Below, one piece after another: positions 49,645 to 63,078 of a stretch of 64,000 nucleotides of DNA. Under the pieces are notes generated by a model. It was not told the origin of the DNA and made no database searches. It worked only from the letters and a program-made list of their open reading frames with translations. A program made the position numbers and the translations under genes. This DNA is from Daphnia carinata (lineage: Eukaryota), in the NCBI RefSeq assembly GCF_022539665.2, contig NC_081332.1, positions 124,001 to 188,000 on the forward strand. The letters are read 5' to 3'. Position 1 is the stretch's first letter, and every line of letters begins with the position of its first letter.

Positions 49645-52600
49645 ATATTATCACAAGATTTTCATGACAAATTCAACAGCCATGTAGAGGAAAGTTTTTC
49701 GATTCTATTGATACCAGTATTTGTTGATACTGCGTTAGCTCAAGTGCCATTAAAGATTTAAAAGAATCTCACAAAATGTGATAAAAAGTGAAAAAGTTTG
49801 GCAAAAAATATTTTCTACAACTAGAATTGAACCATGATTCTTCAGGTTGGCAATCCAACGTCTTACGACTATGCCACCCTTGACATATTGCAGCAGAAAA
49901 CTATAATAGGTCATTCAGTATGTAGTGTGCTGTCCCAAATTAGCGTCATGGGAGCTTATGCAAAAAATACAAGACTTGCAATCACCGATTAGATGAATAT
50001 TATAACATGATTTTCACAAAAAAAATTCGACAACCATGTAGAGAAAACTTCAACGAATCCATTGATCCTAACATTTTTGATATTGGGTTAGTGTAAGGAT
50101 TTAAAAATATCTCACAAAAAAAGGGAAAATTCAAAAATTTGAAAAATGAAATTATAGGGCCTGGACAGTATAGAACCACCGTCCTGTACGTTGGGAATCC
50201 AACGTCTTACGTCTATGCCATCTAGAACAAAAAGTTATTCAAAAGCATAATATGTCATCTAGTATGTAGTCTGCTGTCCCAAATTAGCGTCACGGGAGTT
50301 TTGTAAAATACATAAGAATTGCAATCATCGATTAGATGCATATTTTCACATGATTTTCATATAATATTCAATAGCCATGTAGAGAAAACTTAAACGAATC
50401 TATCGATCCTAATATTGTTGATATTGTAGTGGTGTAAAGTACCTTAAGTGATTTTAAAATATCTCACAAAAAAAGGGGAAACGAGAATAGGAGGATCCAA
50501 AAAATTAAAAATAGTGACTTGACAGTATGGAACCATTAACCTTTTGGTTTGGCAATCGAACGTCTTACGACTATGCCATGGTTCATACAAAGAAGTTCAA
50601 AAGCATAACATGTCTTTCTGTATGTAGTCTGCTGTCCCAAATTAGCGTCACGGGAGCTTATGGAAAATACATAAGAATTACAAGCAGCCATTAGATAAAT
50701 ATTCTCACATGATTTTCATAAAATATTTAACAGCCATCTAAAGGAAAATTAAACGAATCTATTGATACCAATATTGATGATATTGCTTTAGTATAAGGTG
50801 TTCTTAGTGATTTCAAAATATCTGACCAAGTGGCGAAAAATTCAAAAATAAGGAAAAATGAAATTTTTATGTAGTTTCCATAGAGTATAGATCCGTCAGC
50901 CTTTAAGTTGGCATTCCAACATCGTACGATTATGCCATGCTGAATAAAAAGATTTTGAAAAGTATAACATGTGTCTTAGTACGTAGTCTGCTGTCCCAAA
51001 TTAGTGTCATGGTAGCTTATGGAAAAAACATAAGAATTGCGATCACTGATTAGATAAATATTGTGATATGATTTTTACAAAATATTCATCAGCCATGTAG
51101 AGAAAACTTAAACAAATCTATTGTTACCAATATTGTTGATATTGCTTTTTCTTAGTGATTTCAAAAATATTCACCAAATAGGAAAGTTTCAAAAATTAGG
51201 ATAAGTAAAATTGAATGTTGTGTCAATGCGGTATAGATCCATAACCCTTCGTGTCATCAACCCATCGTCTTACAGCTAGGCCATGATTAATATAAGTTGC
51301 CAGAAAAGCAAAGCACGTCATTTAGTCTGCTGTCCCAAATTAGCGTCATGGGGGAAAAACATAAAAAACATAAAAATTGCAATTACAGATTAGATGCATA
51401 TTTTCACATGATTTTCATAAAATATTCAACAGCCATGTAGAGAAAACTTAAACGAATCTATTGATCCTAATATTATTGATATTGTAGTAGTGTGAGGTAT
51501 CTTTGGTGATGTCAAAATATCTCACAAAAAAGGGAAAAATGAGGAAATGAGGAAAACGAAACTTAAAAATAGTGCATTGGTAGTATAGAATGAGTGTCCG
51601 TCAGAGTAGCAGTAGAACGTCCTACGACTATGCCATGGTTATCGAAATATTGTTAAAAAGCATAACATGTCTTTTTGTATGTAGTCTGCTGTCCCAAATT
51701 AGCGTCATGGGGGCTTATGTGAAACACATAAAAATTGCAATTACCGATTAGATGCATATTTTCACATGATTTTCATAAAATATTCAACAGCCCTGAAGAG
51801 AAAACTTAAACGTATCTATTGATCCTAATATTATTGATATTGTAGTAGTGTGAAATATCTTTAGTAATTTTTAAAATATCTCATAAGAAAGGGAAAAATG
51901 AGGAAATGAGGAAAACGAAACTTAAAAATAGTGCCTTGACAGTATAGAACCACTAACCTTTAGAATGGCTATCGAACGTCTTACGACTATGCCATGGTAC
52001 ACAGAAAATTATTAAAAAGCATAACATGTCTTTTTTTTATGTAGTCTGCTGTCCCAAATTAGCGTCACGGGAGCTTATGAAAAAAATATAAGAATGACGA
52101 TCACCCATTAGATAAATATTTTCATATGATTTTCCTAAAATATTTAACAGTCATGTAGAGAAAACTTAAACGAATCTATTTATACCAGTATTGATGATAT
52201 TGCTTTAGTTTAAGATGTTCTTAGTGATTTTAAAATATTTCATCAAATACGAAAAAATTCAAAAAAAAAAAGGATTTACAAGTATTTAGTATCCATACGG
52301 TATAGAACCATTAGACTTTTGGATTGCTATTCAACATCCTACGATTATGCCATGGTGAGTGTAAAATTATTGAAAAGCATAACATGTCTTCTGGTATGAA
52401 GTCTGCTGTCCCAAATTAGCGTCACAGGGGCTTATGTTAAAAACATGAGAATTTAAATCATTGGTTAGATGAATATTGCCATATGATTTTCATAAAATAT
52501 TTAACAGCCCTGTGGATAACATTTAAACGAATCTATTAATACGAAGATTTTTTGATATTGTGTTTGTTAAAAGTGTCTTTGGCGATTGTATAAAATCTCA

Positions 52601-53766
52601 CAAAATAAGATAAAAAATTACAAATAATAAATAAATATTTGCACATGAGCCCCAATTGGTATTAAACCACCAACCTTTGAGTTGGTACTCTGACACCTTA
52701 CGACTATGCCACTGTTGATTGATAATGGAAACACAACCTACCTACGTTATTTAGTTTATCGTTAAAAGTCTGATGTCCCAAATTAGTGCCATGGGAGCTT
52801 ATGTATAAAATATGAAAATTGGCATCACAGGTTAGATGAATATTGAAAGCTGGCTAAGGTTTAAAAATTGATGGGCACAACTACGAAATCGCCTAATGAT
52901 AAACGGTTGCATTGGTGAGCGAAATTCATTTTGCGATTTTAAGTATTGTAGTATTGTAGTTCATTTTACAAGTAAAAAATTTTTGCGTTTTAGTTTATTC
53001 ATCCGTGTGCTGATAAGATATCAGAAAACAGCAGACAGCGAGGCAATTAATTTTATGGTTGGCCACGTAGCATTGTCGCTTTTTAAAAATGATTTTGCAC
53101 TTGCTATCAGACAGAAATTTCCTTGTCTACTTTCCTAGTCTCCATAAGGGCTTGGTTCCGCGTGATTGGGACGTTTTTTTTTATCTCTTGGATCATTTCG
53201 GGTTTTGGGTTGCTGCGAGCTGTTACGGACAGCAATTTTTTTTTTGCCTCCGTGCCTCATTGGATTTCAATCTGGCTGATAGGGGAGTCAACCCGAAAGC
53301 AAGCAATCAATTAGTTTAACGAAAAAAATTTCTATTGTCGTTTTTTTCTAAAACAATCCATTGTCGATAAACCAAGCAGACATTTCTTTTTAATGTGACG
53401 TCGCTTAAACTGTAGTTTAAGAAACAAACCCAATACCGTATCCATCGCATCCCGTGGCAAAACTTATACATCCATCAGTCCCGGTATTAGTATAGATTAC
53501 TACGTCATTTTTCAGTGAGTGGTCGAAACACAGCTAATCGGAGTCGAACCCCAGTGTCAAGTATAATGAGAAGAAAAGAAAGAAGAAAAACAAAATAATT
53601 GGCTCTAAGCGAATGTCAATTATCAGTGGCAGCTGGAAAAAAACTAGTCCATCGAAACATTTGATTTTACTGTGATTCAAACACATATGATTATGATGTA
53701 TAACTACATGATTCAAAACTGTTATTTTTGTTGTTTATTGCTGTTTAGGTTTGATTGCCGAAAAAA

Positions 53767-55355
53767 ATGACATGTGACTGGCGAATATATTATAGCGTGG
53801 CAAGAAAGATGCCTGAAATTTCAGCTATAGATGAGGATGAGGTTAGGAAAGAATTAGAACGTTGGCTTCATCCGGATAATAAAGGAACCAATCTGAAGCT
53901 TTTCCGGAATGCTAGAGAACATATTAAACAGAAATTTAAGCTCCAACTTTCTTTTCTCAAACTATCGTGGCTCGAGAGGCAGTACGTCAAATTTGTCTTG
54001 GAAATTTGGCAGAAAGAGGCTTTCGAAAAAGTCTCAGTATCCGGAAATGACTGCCAACTCCTCGGAAATATTTATTCTACTACAAGATTTTAATTCTATC
54101 AGTTCGTTCCATGATGTTGGAAGAGACCTATAAAAAAATTCACAACTTCTATCTTTGCGAGATGGAGGATATTTTCAGTTGATTGTCAAAGCGGAAGAGC
54201 TGTTCAAACAAGTGCCTCGTTTCGTCATTCTTGTTTCCAACTGTTTTAATAACTTCAAGATTCGCTGCATAAAAACGATTTTCTCCTGGTGTTGGCAGGT
54301 CATCGCGAAAGACGAAACTAATGGTGAGAAATACAAAAAATGCATTTTCGCCCTAAAATACTTCCTGGACAAAACTCTTGAAAGCAAAAAATTTGAAGAC
54401 ATTATTCCTCAATATATGGATCACATATGGTATATATATAAGGTAAGGGGGCAACTTGATCCCAAATCAGCTGATTTCTGCCTATTTTACGAAAAAAAAC
54501 TTTAAAAAAACCCGACTGGCAGCAGCGACCAGAGTTCAATCCCTGATTGGTTCAAACAATTTAAAGCGGCAGCTGAGGAAATAAAAGAAGCGAAGATCAT
54601 GAACATCAGCGAGATCACCAAAAAAATTATTTGTTCAGAGGGAATATAAATGTTTGTAGAATCTTCTTCCCAAAGGCATCGTGAAATAATAACGAGGATT
54701 AGTAAAGCACTCGGAGGACTTCAAGCGCAAAATGGGTTAGTGCAGTGGATGTTAAAAAAAATGGATGAGTCCTTCACAACCGAGGAAATAGGTAAAGAAG
54801 TGGGCATCTTCAGAGTGATGATGAATGAAGTTTTCAAGGTATACCTGCTGCCTCTAACAAAGGTCGATATCATACACGATGATGGGCGCAGTATTATTTT
54901 TGTCAAAGGAAATGTTGTATTTCTTAGCAAAGTTATGGATAAAATGGAAAGAAGAAAAAAAAAGAGAAAGACGTACAGGAAATCAGAATTGTTGGCCTAA
55001 CATCCGTTCATATAGATTGGGATTTGGCCAATGACACCTGGCATGGAATCAATGTAGGTCTCGTTACTGACAAACTTATCGTTTGTGCCAATGAAAACAA
55101 GAAAATAGTATGGGATGTATCCGGCAAACATGCTATCGCCAAATCAAGACGTATGCTATCATAACATTTATATATTATTGCAATCATATTGTGTTACACA
55201 ATTTTTATGTTCTTCAACTTAGAAGATAAATTAAGCGCAGGCGAAAGCGGAGGTAATGTTCATATTATGTTATCGGAGCTGATCAATGGACGATCGTATC
55301 CCATGGAGAGAACGGATGTTCTGGTCTCAAGTGGACGGCGGAAGAACTTGAAAAC
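53767..55355 (+). pseudogene. Frameshifted, truncated gene fragment of an unidentified family; possibly the N-terminal region of arthropod SecA-like proteins
   Basis: Consecutive broken ORFs, then EIRIVGLTSVHIDWDLANDTWHGINVGLVTDKL...WDVSG and AGESGGNV. Family assignment is from memory; no SecA domain in the window. Confidence 0.45.
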
Positions 55356-58195
55356 AATAATTATATAATAATATAATATTATTGAATATTACTGAATAAC
55401 AATTATTATATTGTGAAATATGATAATGCATTTTCATTTAAACAGTTATTTAAGGCATTTAATCAAAGGAACTGGCTGGGGTTAGGCGGTCTAACAAAAC
55501 CATTCTGTACACAATTTTATCCAAATATTTTTATACCACCTGAGGCATGAGAAAATTAGACCTAACTACCCAACCCCATTTATGGTAGTTTAGCTCCAAA
55601 CCTGCCCCATCTCTATTTTAAAAAAGTTAACAATTAAAATGTTTTGCCTGCAAATCGCTTTTTAAAAACATGAAGGTGGTTTGCTTTTATTTGCAGAATA
55701 CCATGAGGATACTGTAGATTGTACCGTAGTAGGTAGTACTAAGACGTAGGGATCTGCCTAATTTGCTGTAATCTTGGACTCTGCTCTCCTTCTAGAAGAA
55801 TGGGCGATTTGGATAGCTACTTCTACGGGAATAGCGCGTCGCCCATTTTCGGGCTTATTCGGGAAGCTCTGATGTTGCTAAATGGAACCACGTTTTAAAA
55901 AGGAGATTAGCGATGACACGACTCTTAAAAAGTAAATCAGAAAATATAAATCATTGTCATAATTAATCAATTGCTTATAACCAAAGTGTGCACCCAGATT
56001 GAAACCCAACTGACGCTGAAGGGGAAAACCAACACCCTGTATCTCTGAACAGCTCCGTACTGAAAACCAAAATGTCTTCCTCTATCAGCAAAAAAGCTAC
56101 CAGACGTTCGTTTTTAGTTTTTAGGCAAATAGATGAGAAAATAAATAAATTTTATTGTGTGTTTGTTTATTGACAATAAAATATATCTTACGCTTTATTA
56201 TTCTGTGTTTTTTTTAGACGAAAGTCTCCTTGGTTTATCAATGAAACATAATTATTTTTAAGAAACTGAGAATTCAATAATTGGATTCGAATTCGTCTGC
56301 CACAATTCGTTTAGCAAAGGTAGAACAGCCGTAAGTCAGGGGGCCAGAAGGCGTTCAGTAAGTAAATAAAAGTCACATATAGTCAAATGCAAGCAATTCT
56401 TAATACAATTACCTTTTTCCATTTTTCCACCTTATATTTTTTTCATTGTAGTGCTATCGATATACTTTGTTATTTTGAATGCTAGATGTCGTTTTCGGTG
56501 TCCATACGAAAATTATCGCAGAATGATTGCAAGCTGATCGGGATAAAAAAATTGGTCGGAACGGCAAGTCTGAACTCAACATTTCCGGTACTACTTTAGT
56601 TGATCGATTTAACATAATAGCGATCACTATTGCAATTTGTTTGAAACTATAATATTCAGCGTCATTCTAGTGGAAAAAAAGCTAAATGCAGAGAAAGGGA
56701 ATATGGACAACTCAGTGCTATAAGACAGACTTGGCAGGGTTTCCAAGCAAATTTCACTAACATTTTCGCCATAATATGGCAACGATGCTGTTTGTGAAGT
56801 ATTTTATCATACCGGTTTCCCCTTTTCGAGATTGGTTGGGGGTACAACTCTGCGTAACTCGAAAAATGGATAATTGTGTTATTCATTGTCTATGATTTAA
56901 TGACCCTGAAATGAAATGGGCGGGTATGGTTCGATAACGATAGTTGCGTGTAATAGCTAAATAAAACTAATCAGGATACTGTTTCCGAGGGTACCGCGGC
57001 TTGGGGATTCTCCTATCAAGTCCCACATAGCACCGGGTTGCCTGTAAGATATGCCAAGGATGTCCCATAGTCCGAAAGACATCCCTGACTAAAACAGGCC
57101 GTCTCAAAGATATCCGGTCAGGCCTACTTTGGTACAAAGACAGCTCTGTCCAAAAAAGGACGTCTCAAAGATATCTGGTCAGGACTTCCTTAGGTCAACG
57201 GAATAGGAAGACTAAAAAGTGACGTCTTAAAGACGTCAAGGCAGGCTTAATTAAGGACAAGACGATTCGAAAGCTAAAAAAAAAATGTCTTAAGGATGTC
57301 CCCGGAAAGACTAACTCGGGACCTAGGACTAAGATTAAAATAAGATATTCTTAAGACGTCCAAGATCAGACTATCTCAGGACAATTGCTGAAGAAAAAAA
57401 CGGGATCAGAAGAAGGTGTCGTTAAGACGTCTAGATAGGGCGAATTTCCTACAGCTTTATCAGTGAAGTTAAAGGCAAAATGCAGGTGTTTTCTAGACGT
57501 CTTAAAATATCTTAAAGAAGTCTTTTAAATGTGCTCTACACGCCTGTTGGGTGTTTTTGAGATGCCTTGTAGACGCCTATACCCGAAAATTTAAGTCGCC
57601 TCTATCAGTCTATTTTTAAGGGGTATAAACAGCGTAAAAAACATATCATCAGTTATTGCGTGAAAATGAACATAAAACAATCAAAATTCATTGTTTCTTT
57701 ATTGTCGGACTTCTTTGAAAACGAAAGAAGACTTCCAACATTTCGAGAAGAATTGTTGAAACCTGCTGACGTCCGAAACGTGCAAAGTACAGCAAACAAA
57801 TCGTGATGCTTTTTTACATGTCCCTATTTATTTACTTGATCCTGTATTGGCCGTATGGCCCCGCAATGTGTTGATGTACACTGCTAATTCAAGAATATAT
57901 TACTTGTCATGTAATGATGTGGACTCTTGTTACCATTTTAGGCCTCATATCTTCGTAAAGTTTTTGACGTCATATTCCATTTTTTATGACGTCTGTCAGA
58001 TGTCTTTAACCATATTTTAGACGTCATTTTCTATGCATTTGGGCGTCATTTTCCATTCTCTGGGACGTCGTGATCCATACCCTAGTAGCACGCGGTGCCG
58101 TTTTGGTACCCGAAAGGTGCCGTACATACCGGAAATGCATCCGCACCGATTTCAGGCACCAAAACGGCACCAAAATGGTACCCGTTTGCAGGATA

Positions 58196-59146
58196 GGGGA
58201 GACCGGATCCATGTTGGACACCGTTCCAAGTTGGACAGTGCCGCAAAAAATATAAGTTGTAATAACAAAAATATAATATTTATAATTTTTGTTTGAAACA
58301 GGTTTTTTTAAATAGTGTAAAAGTTTGAGTTTCGTGTCTTAATTATTTACTGAGTTATTTAATAAACAAAAAAATGAGAAAAAGTTTGTATTTTTTTTGG
58401 TTCCTTATTGGTGATTTTTTCCTAAGTTATCTTACAATTATTTGTTTATAAATAATGGCAATAAGTAGAGCAGAGATTAATTAATAATATTTGAAAGTAA
58501 AAATAATTTTAGTGATACAACTTTAAACATATCAGTTTTCCTGCGAAAGCTATTTTTTGGGGCCAAGTTGTACAGACGGCATGGGTGATATTGGACACGA
58601 AATAGGCGTGCAATGGAGGAGTTAAGTCAAAGCGTGAAAGTTTGAAATGTTTCAATTTAACGGAACATGTAGAATATAGCTAAAGTTTATTCATATTTTT
58701 TATCTAAATTTTAAAAAAATTATCGAAATGTGTTGGTTCCGCCTCCTCCTATGTCTTCCCTATCAGTAAAATAAAAATATTTCAGGTATAACAAAAGTCT
58801 TTTATTTCATGTAAGATCTTATTAAGACTGCATTTAAATTGTTCCCTAATTTAATACCAATAAGCTACAATAAAAGTAAAATTTTAAAACAACTCATTCT
58901 ACCTATTTTGACCCCGTCCAAAGTGGTACAGGTGTCAGTCCAAAGTCACCCCGGTTCGGTCTAAACTCACCGCAAAATATAAATCGTAATAAATACTAAA
59001 AAAAATACATTACATTCCTGAAAAAATTTGAGGGGGTGGAGGAAAAGTAGTAAATTCATTTTTAACAAATTTTGCGAATTTTGCATAAGTGGGATAGTAA
59101 ATATTGGGGTAAAACCGAAACTGTCCAAGATGGGTCCGGTCTCCCT
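58196..59146. mobile_element. MITE with TA TSD (inner element, pogo/Tc1-like)
   Basis: TIRs GGGGAGACCGGATCCATGTTGGACA and (reverse complement) AGGGAGACCGGACCCATCTTGGACA, flanked by TA. Confidence 0.85.
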
Positions 59147-59687
59147 TACTAAGGCATCCTCAAAGCGGGTATGAAAAGGGTACCATTTCGGCACCCGAAA
59201 CCTTCCGCAGATGACGGAGAGAGCCGACACACGTTTAAGGCACGAAATCGGCATCAAAGCGGCATCATTTAAATGTTGTGCTCATTAAAAATGGGATACG
59301 TTTATTAGGTTAGCTTGAGTTTTGGGGGGTGGTTTCAGCGCCTTAAAATTAAACTTGCGCTTAAAAAAAAATAAAGAGCTAGAAAAGTGGGAGTTAGGAA
59401 AATATATATTATTTAGCATAAGAAATGCTTAAAACAAGCATTAGTTATGATAGGACTTTAATCTTAAATAATTCATTTCCTTAAAAAATTAACAAATCAT
59501 ACTTAAGTTTGAAAATAAAAAACATTTAGCATAATTGGTTTAATTGCTTTTGAGGAAACGAAAGTTTAACTTAATTTTGACTTCATCTTTAGGTTTTTTA
59601 AATTCTGTTTCTGACCTGTTGTCGAAAAAAACTTAAGTATTTTTCTAGATTTCTATTTATATTGTTCGGAAATATTAGTTACAATAT

Positions 59688-59760
59688 AAATAGAATCGTC
59701 CAGTGGAAAGAACATCCGACTGTGGTGCGGGAGACCTGAATTCGATCCCAGCCACAGCCG
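59688..59760 (+). other. tRNA-derived degenerate sequence (His-like, CTGTGGT loop) inside a DNA transposon
   Basis: A-box-like TCGTCCAGTGG and B-box-like AATTCGATCC; homologous copy on the minus strand at ~48866-48938; acceptor stem does not pair. Confidence 0.55.
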
Positions 59761-60835
59761 TTTTAGCAACGGGGCCAAAACGGTGCCGATGTGCTACTAG
59801 GGTAACTACGGAAGTCTTAAAGGCAACTATAAAATATTTTTGGGAATTCGCCTATGTAAAACAACATCGTCATGAACGTCTTTCATGCATCAAAATGAAA
59901 ACTTAAATTTGTCCGCAGATTGTCTTGAAAGTTATCTTAAAGATACTACTAGTCCCGGACATTTGGACGAAAGGAAGGGGTCTTAAATATTACCTAAAGA
60001 GCTCCTCGGGATCTCCTTACTCGGGACGATCGGACATCCTCGGAATGTTTTAACGACAGCCCAGTGCTATGTGGGGTTGTGTTACATTCACTTTATAAGA
60101 ACTATAATGTTGCCTATACTTTCTTAAATATAAAAAAACTATTTATGAAGAGCTTAATGATTAGTGAAAAAATACCGAAGCTGAAATTCTAGGAAAACAA
60201 TGTGGTTATAATGGGGAAATTACTAACCTATAGATATATAGATCTACTTTTGCTGTCAGCCGGAGACTTTTGCCCGTCCTAATGACTAAAAAGAAAAAGC
60301 CAGAGACTGAATTAGTTTTTAAGTAGCACATGTAGGCTTAATCTGTAAAGTAATCTATTGTTTTATATGTTAAAGGCGTCTGACTTTACTGCTTTAATTT
60401 GTCTTTCGATATTTCACTAACAGAGTCTGTGAAAAACGAATGGCTCTCGTATCCCATATCCCCATAAGGCCACAACCACCCGCCACAACGAGTTGGCACG
60501 AAGTTTCTAGAAACGAAAGGGGATTTATTTAACAGTGTCCTGTCTGAATTTTTCGGTTAAGCGAATTTGGCTAGTGCAAAAGGCGTTGAGCAGTTCGGAC
60601 GAAATCTTTATATGTACACTGACTGAAAATAATTGAAAAATCTGTCTCCCTTGTATACAGATATTTGGGCATAAAAAAATGTAATGCGCTATTTGCTTAA
60701 GGACACTTTATCGTATGAGGAAAAAACAGGCTTTAACAACAGCGTAGTTATTTCCTGTAAGCAAGGCTGATTTCAAAGAACAATGCGAGGACGTATGCAA
60801 CTTTACATGGGCAACAGACACTACAACGTAACAAG

Positions 60836-61012
60836 GATTGCCGGAGAAATAGGACCTGGAGAAATAGGACCCGGAGATTTAGGACCCCAAAATAGGACCT
60901 GGAGAATTAGGATCCGGAGAAATAGGACCCAATTTTCAAACATTTTTTGGAGGGTCCTATTTCTCCATCATAAGGGTCCTATTTTTCCTTGCTCTTGGTC
61001 CTATTACTCCTA
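60836..61012. repeat. 15-bp GGAGAAATAGGACC(C/T) tandem repeats with inverted copies (transposon terminal-type)
   Basis: About six forward units at 60843-60930 and three inverted GGTCCTATT units at 60953-61012. Confidence 0.75.
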
Positions 61013-61499
61013 TTTAAATATCTATATGTTCCATGGTGGAAAGGGAGAACCGGACGGATTATGTAGTTTTCCGCACTCTAAACAGCGTTATCAATTGCTC
61101 GGGTAATCATTCCATCATAACTTTTTTGTTTGAATTGATATTTGTAATATTTTCAACTTTTATTTAAAAGTTATACTTTTTTATACACAGTGTTTGGTTT
61201 TTAGCCCTTGACATTTTGTTACTGGCGTTTCCAGTCCTAGTATCGCCCTCCCCCCCCCACGACTAATGTCCTTATTCCATGGGTCCATGGGTACTTTGCT
61301 ACATTAGCAGGCAAATTATTTTTTTTTTGTATTGTGATTTGTATGGTGCATACCTTGTGAATTGTGTCTTTATTTACGTTATTTTATTTTAATGGGAAGA
61401 AAGAAACTATTAAGTGTGGAAGAAAAAGCTAATAAGAAAAAAATGTACAATGAAAATACATGAAAAGGTAATTTGCTGTAACGGTGTAATTATACTGTA

Positions 61500-63070
61500 G
61501 ACCTTAAGTGTTGATTGTTCATCCACTAGTATGAAATCATTGGCTGCTTTTCTACATCTTTACGCAAAGCGGTTAAATGGGCTTCACGGAAAACGGAAGT
61601 AAACAAAATTAGTGGTAATTTTTAATTCTTACATATTACTTACTTATTATATCACAATGCCTGCTTTCTTATCTTTTGAATCATGAAGACATTCCAGTAG
61701 TGGTAAGTGTTGAAAATTCAATTATTGCAGCCATCGATGTCCAACAACATTTAAAACATACTTTACCACGTAATCAATTTGTTTAATTTTGATGTAATAT
61801 CATACAATTTGATCCTTTCCTTTCAATCTCATTACAGATCATCTGGAAAGTGCTTAGATAGCTTTGTGGTTTAAGAAGAAGAATCAGGCATCTCAAACAA
61901 GGAAGTTAAAGCTGCACAAAAAATGTTGGACAACCGGGAAAAAGAGAGAAACATGCAGAAGAAACTCAAGGAGGGTTTGAAAAGAATAGTTTTTATGAGT
62001 CTGTGATTAATTAATACACTAAACCTTTTAAAATGAATCTCAATATTTTTTTTCTTCAAATTTTCCACAATCATGGAAGGCATGCCAGTGTACTTTTATA
62101 AAAAACTATCTCGACATGGCTTAAACATGAAAGAACACGAAGTTAGCTCATCCATGAGACAGTATCGGTCTTTCATACGATAAATCTGCCTTTTTCCTTT
62201 AGTTTATTCAGTTTATGTTCTTTCTTTTCAGTTTTCTTTTTCTTAATGTTGGCTTTTCTCGTTTTCTGTTGTTATTCTTTTCTCTTTTCCTGTTCTTCGA
62301 TGCGTTCAGCCCACTTCTTTTTACTTTCTGATTTGATTTTATCTTGTTTCTTAATTGATTTAGCAAGCAATTCCACATTGTTTTTTACCTATTGCAATAC
62401 AGAAAGGTTAAAATTTTTGAAGATCATACAAATATGTTTGTCAAATTGAAAGTTTACCTGAAAATCTTCAGCTCTTTGCAGAGCACCTTTTCATGCCTGT
62501 TTGTCTTCAATGCTTCTTGCATTCTCAACTTCAGCTTGGCCTTCCAAGATTTTCACTTTTGCTTTGCGTTTTTTTTATATTTTAATTGTTACCACTTTTG
62601 TATCTAAAGTGGTGTTGTTCAGAATGGGTGAGGGATTAGATAGTTCTCCTAAATCAAATTTGCTGAAACCCAGGCAGCCTTCACTGCTGAAAATTGGTGT
62701 TGGCAGTGTACTCGTTACTCTTGGTTCAGGAATATCTGTTTTGACAACCTCTGTGAGATCAGAGGTTGATGACACAGATGCTGCTTCAGTGGCTTGTGCA
62801 AATTTTGCAATTCAGGACAACTTCTTGTTATTTTTCTTTTTTAATTTCTTCTTCTTCAATTTATCTAACTCCGTTTAACTTTGGTTTTCATTGTCCTATC
62901 AGACAAATCCAGCTTTTCCCCTGAAAATAGATGGAATAAGCTGGCCAGTCTTCCTTTAATGTAAAGATTAACACATACCTGTTGAGTGTGAGGTCTTAGC
63001 TGCTAGACATTCTTCCAGTTCAACACCAACCTTATTGCTATTGAGATCTTCAACTGTAGAAACACTTTGA
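61500..63070 (-). pseudogene. Degenerate spliced gene of unknown function (Lys/Glu-rich coiled-coil segments)
   Basis: Interrupted coding-like frames with GT-AG-like boundaries and in-frame stops; no recognisable family. Confidence 0.3.
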
Positions 63071-63078
63071 GTTGGAAT

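Larger units (their letters stand above)
47740..52845. repeat. Tandem array of ~340-367-bp diverged units (~10 copies)
   Basis: Core TGTCCCAAATTAG at 48094, 49931, 50275, 50633, 50992, 51331, 51690, 52050, 52407 and 52774. Confidence 0.95.
58080..59802. mobile_element. CCC-terminal non-autonomous DNA transposon (middle element)
   Basis: TIR CCCTAGTAGCAC / GTGCTACTAGGG; TSD TA; subterminal GGTGCC/GGCACC motifs. Confidence 0.88.
57022..60075. mobile_element. CCC-terminal non-autonomous DNA transposon (outer element of a nest)
   Basis: TIR CCCACATAGCAC / GTGCTATGTGGG; 2-bp TSD GT; many subterminal (A)GACGTC/GATGTC motifs. Confidence 0.85.

Noticed and set aside
47740..52845. CRISPR-like array (conserved ~22-bp core at regular spacing)
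   Set aside because: The intervening sequences are homologous to each other and ~335 bp long, there are no cas genes, and the context is eukaryotic; it is a tandem repeat.
59688..59760. Functional tRNA-His gene
   Set aside because: The acceptor stem does not pair and the B box is degenerate; kept only as a tRNA-derived remnant.
60783..61106. Collagen-like ORF (GEIGPGEIGP)
   Set aside because: The period is 5 aa, not Gly-X-Y; it is a translation of a 15-bp DNA repeat that also occurs inverted.
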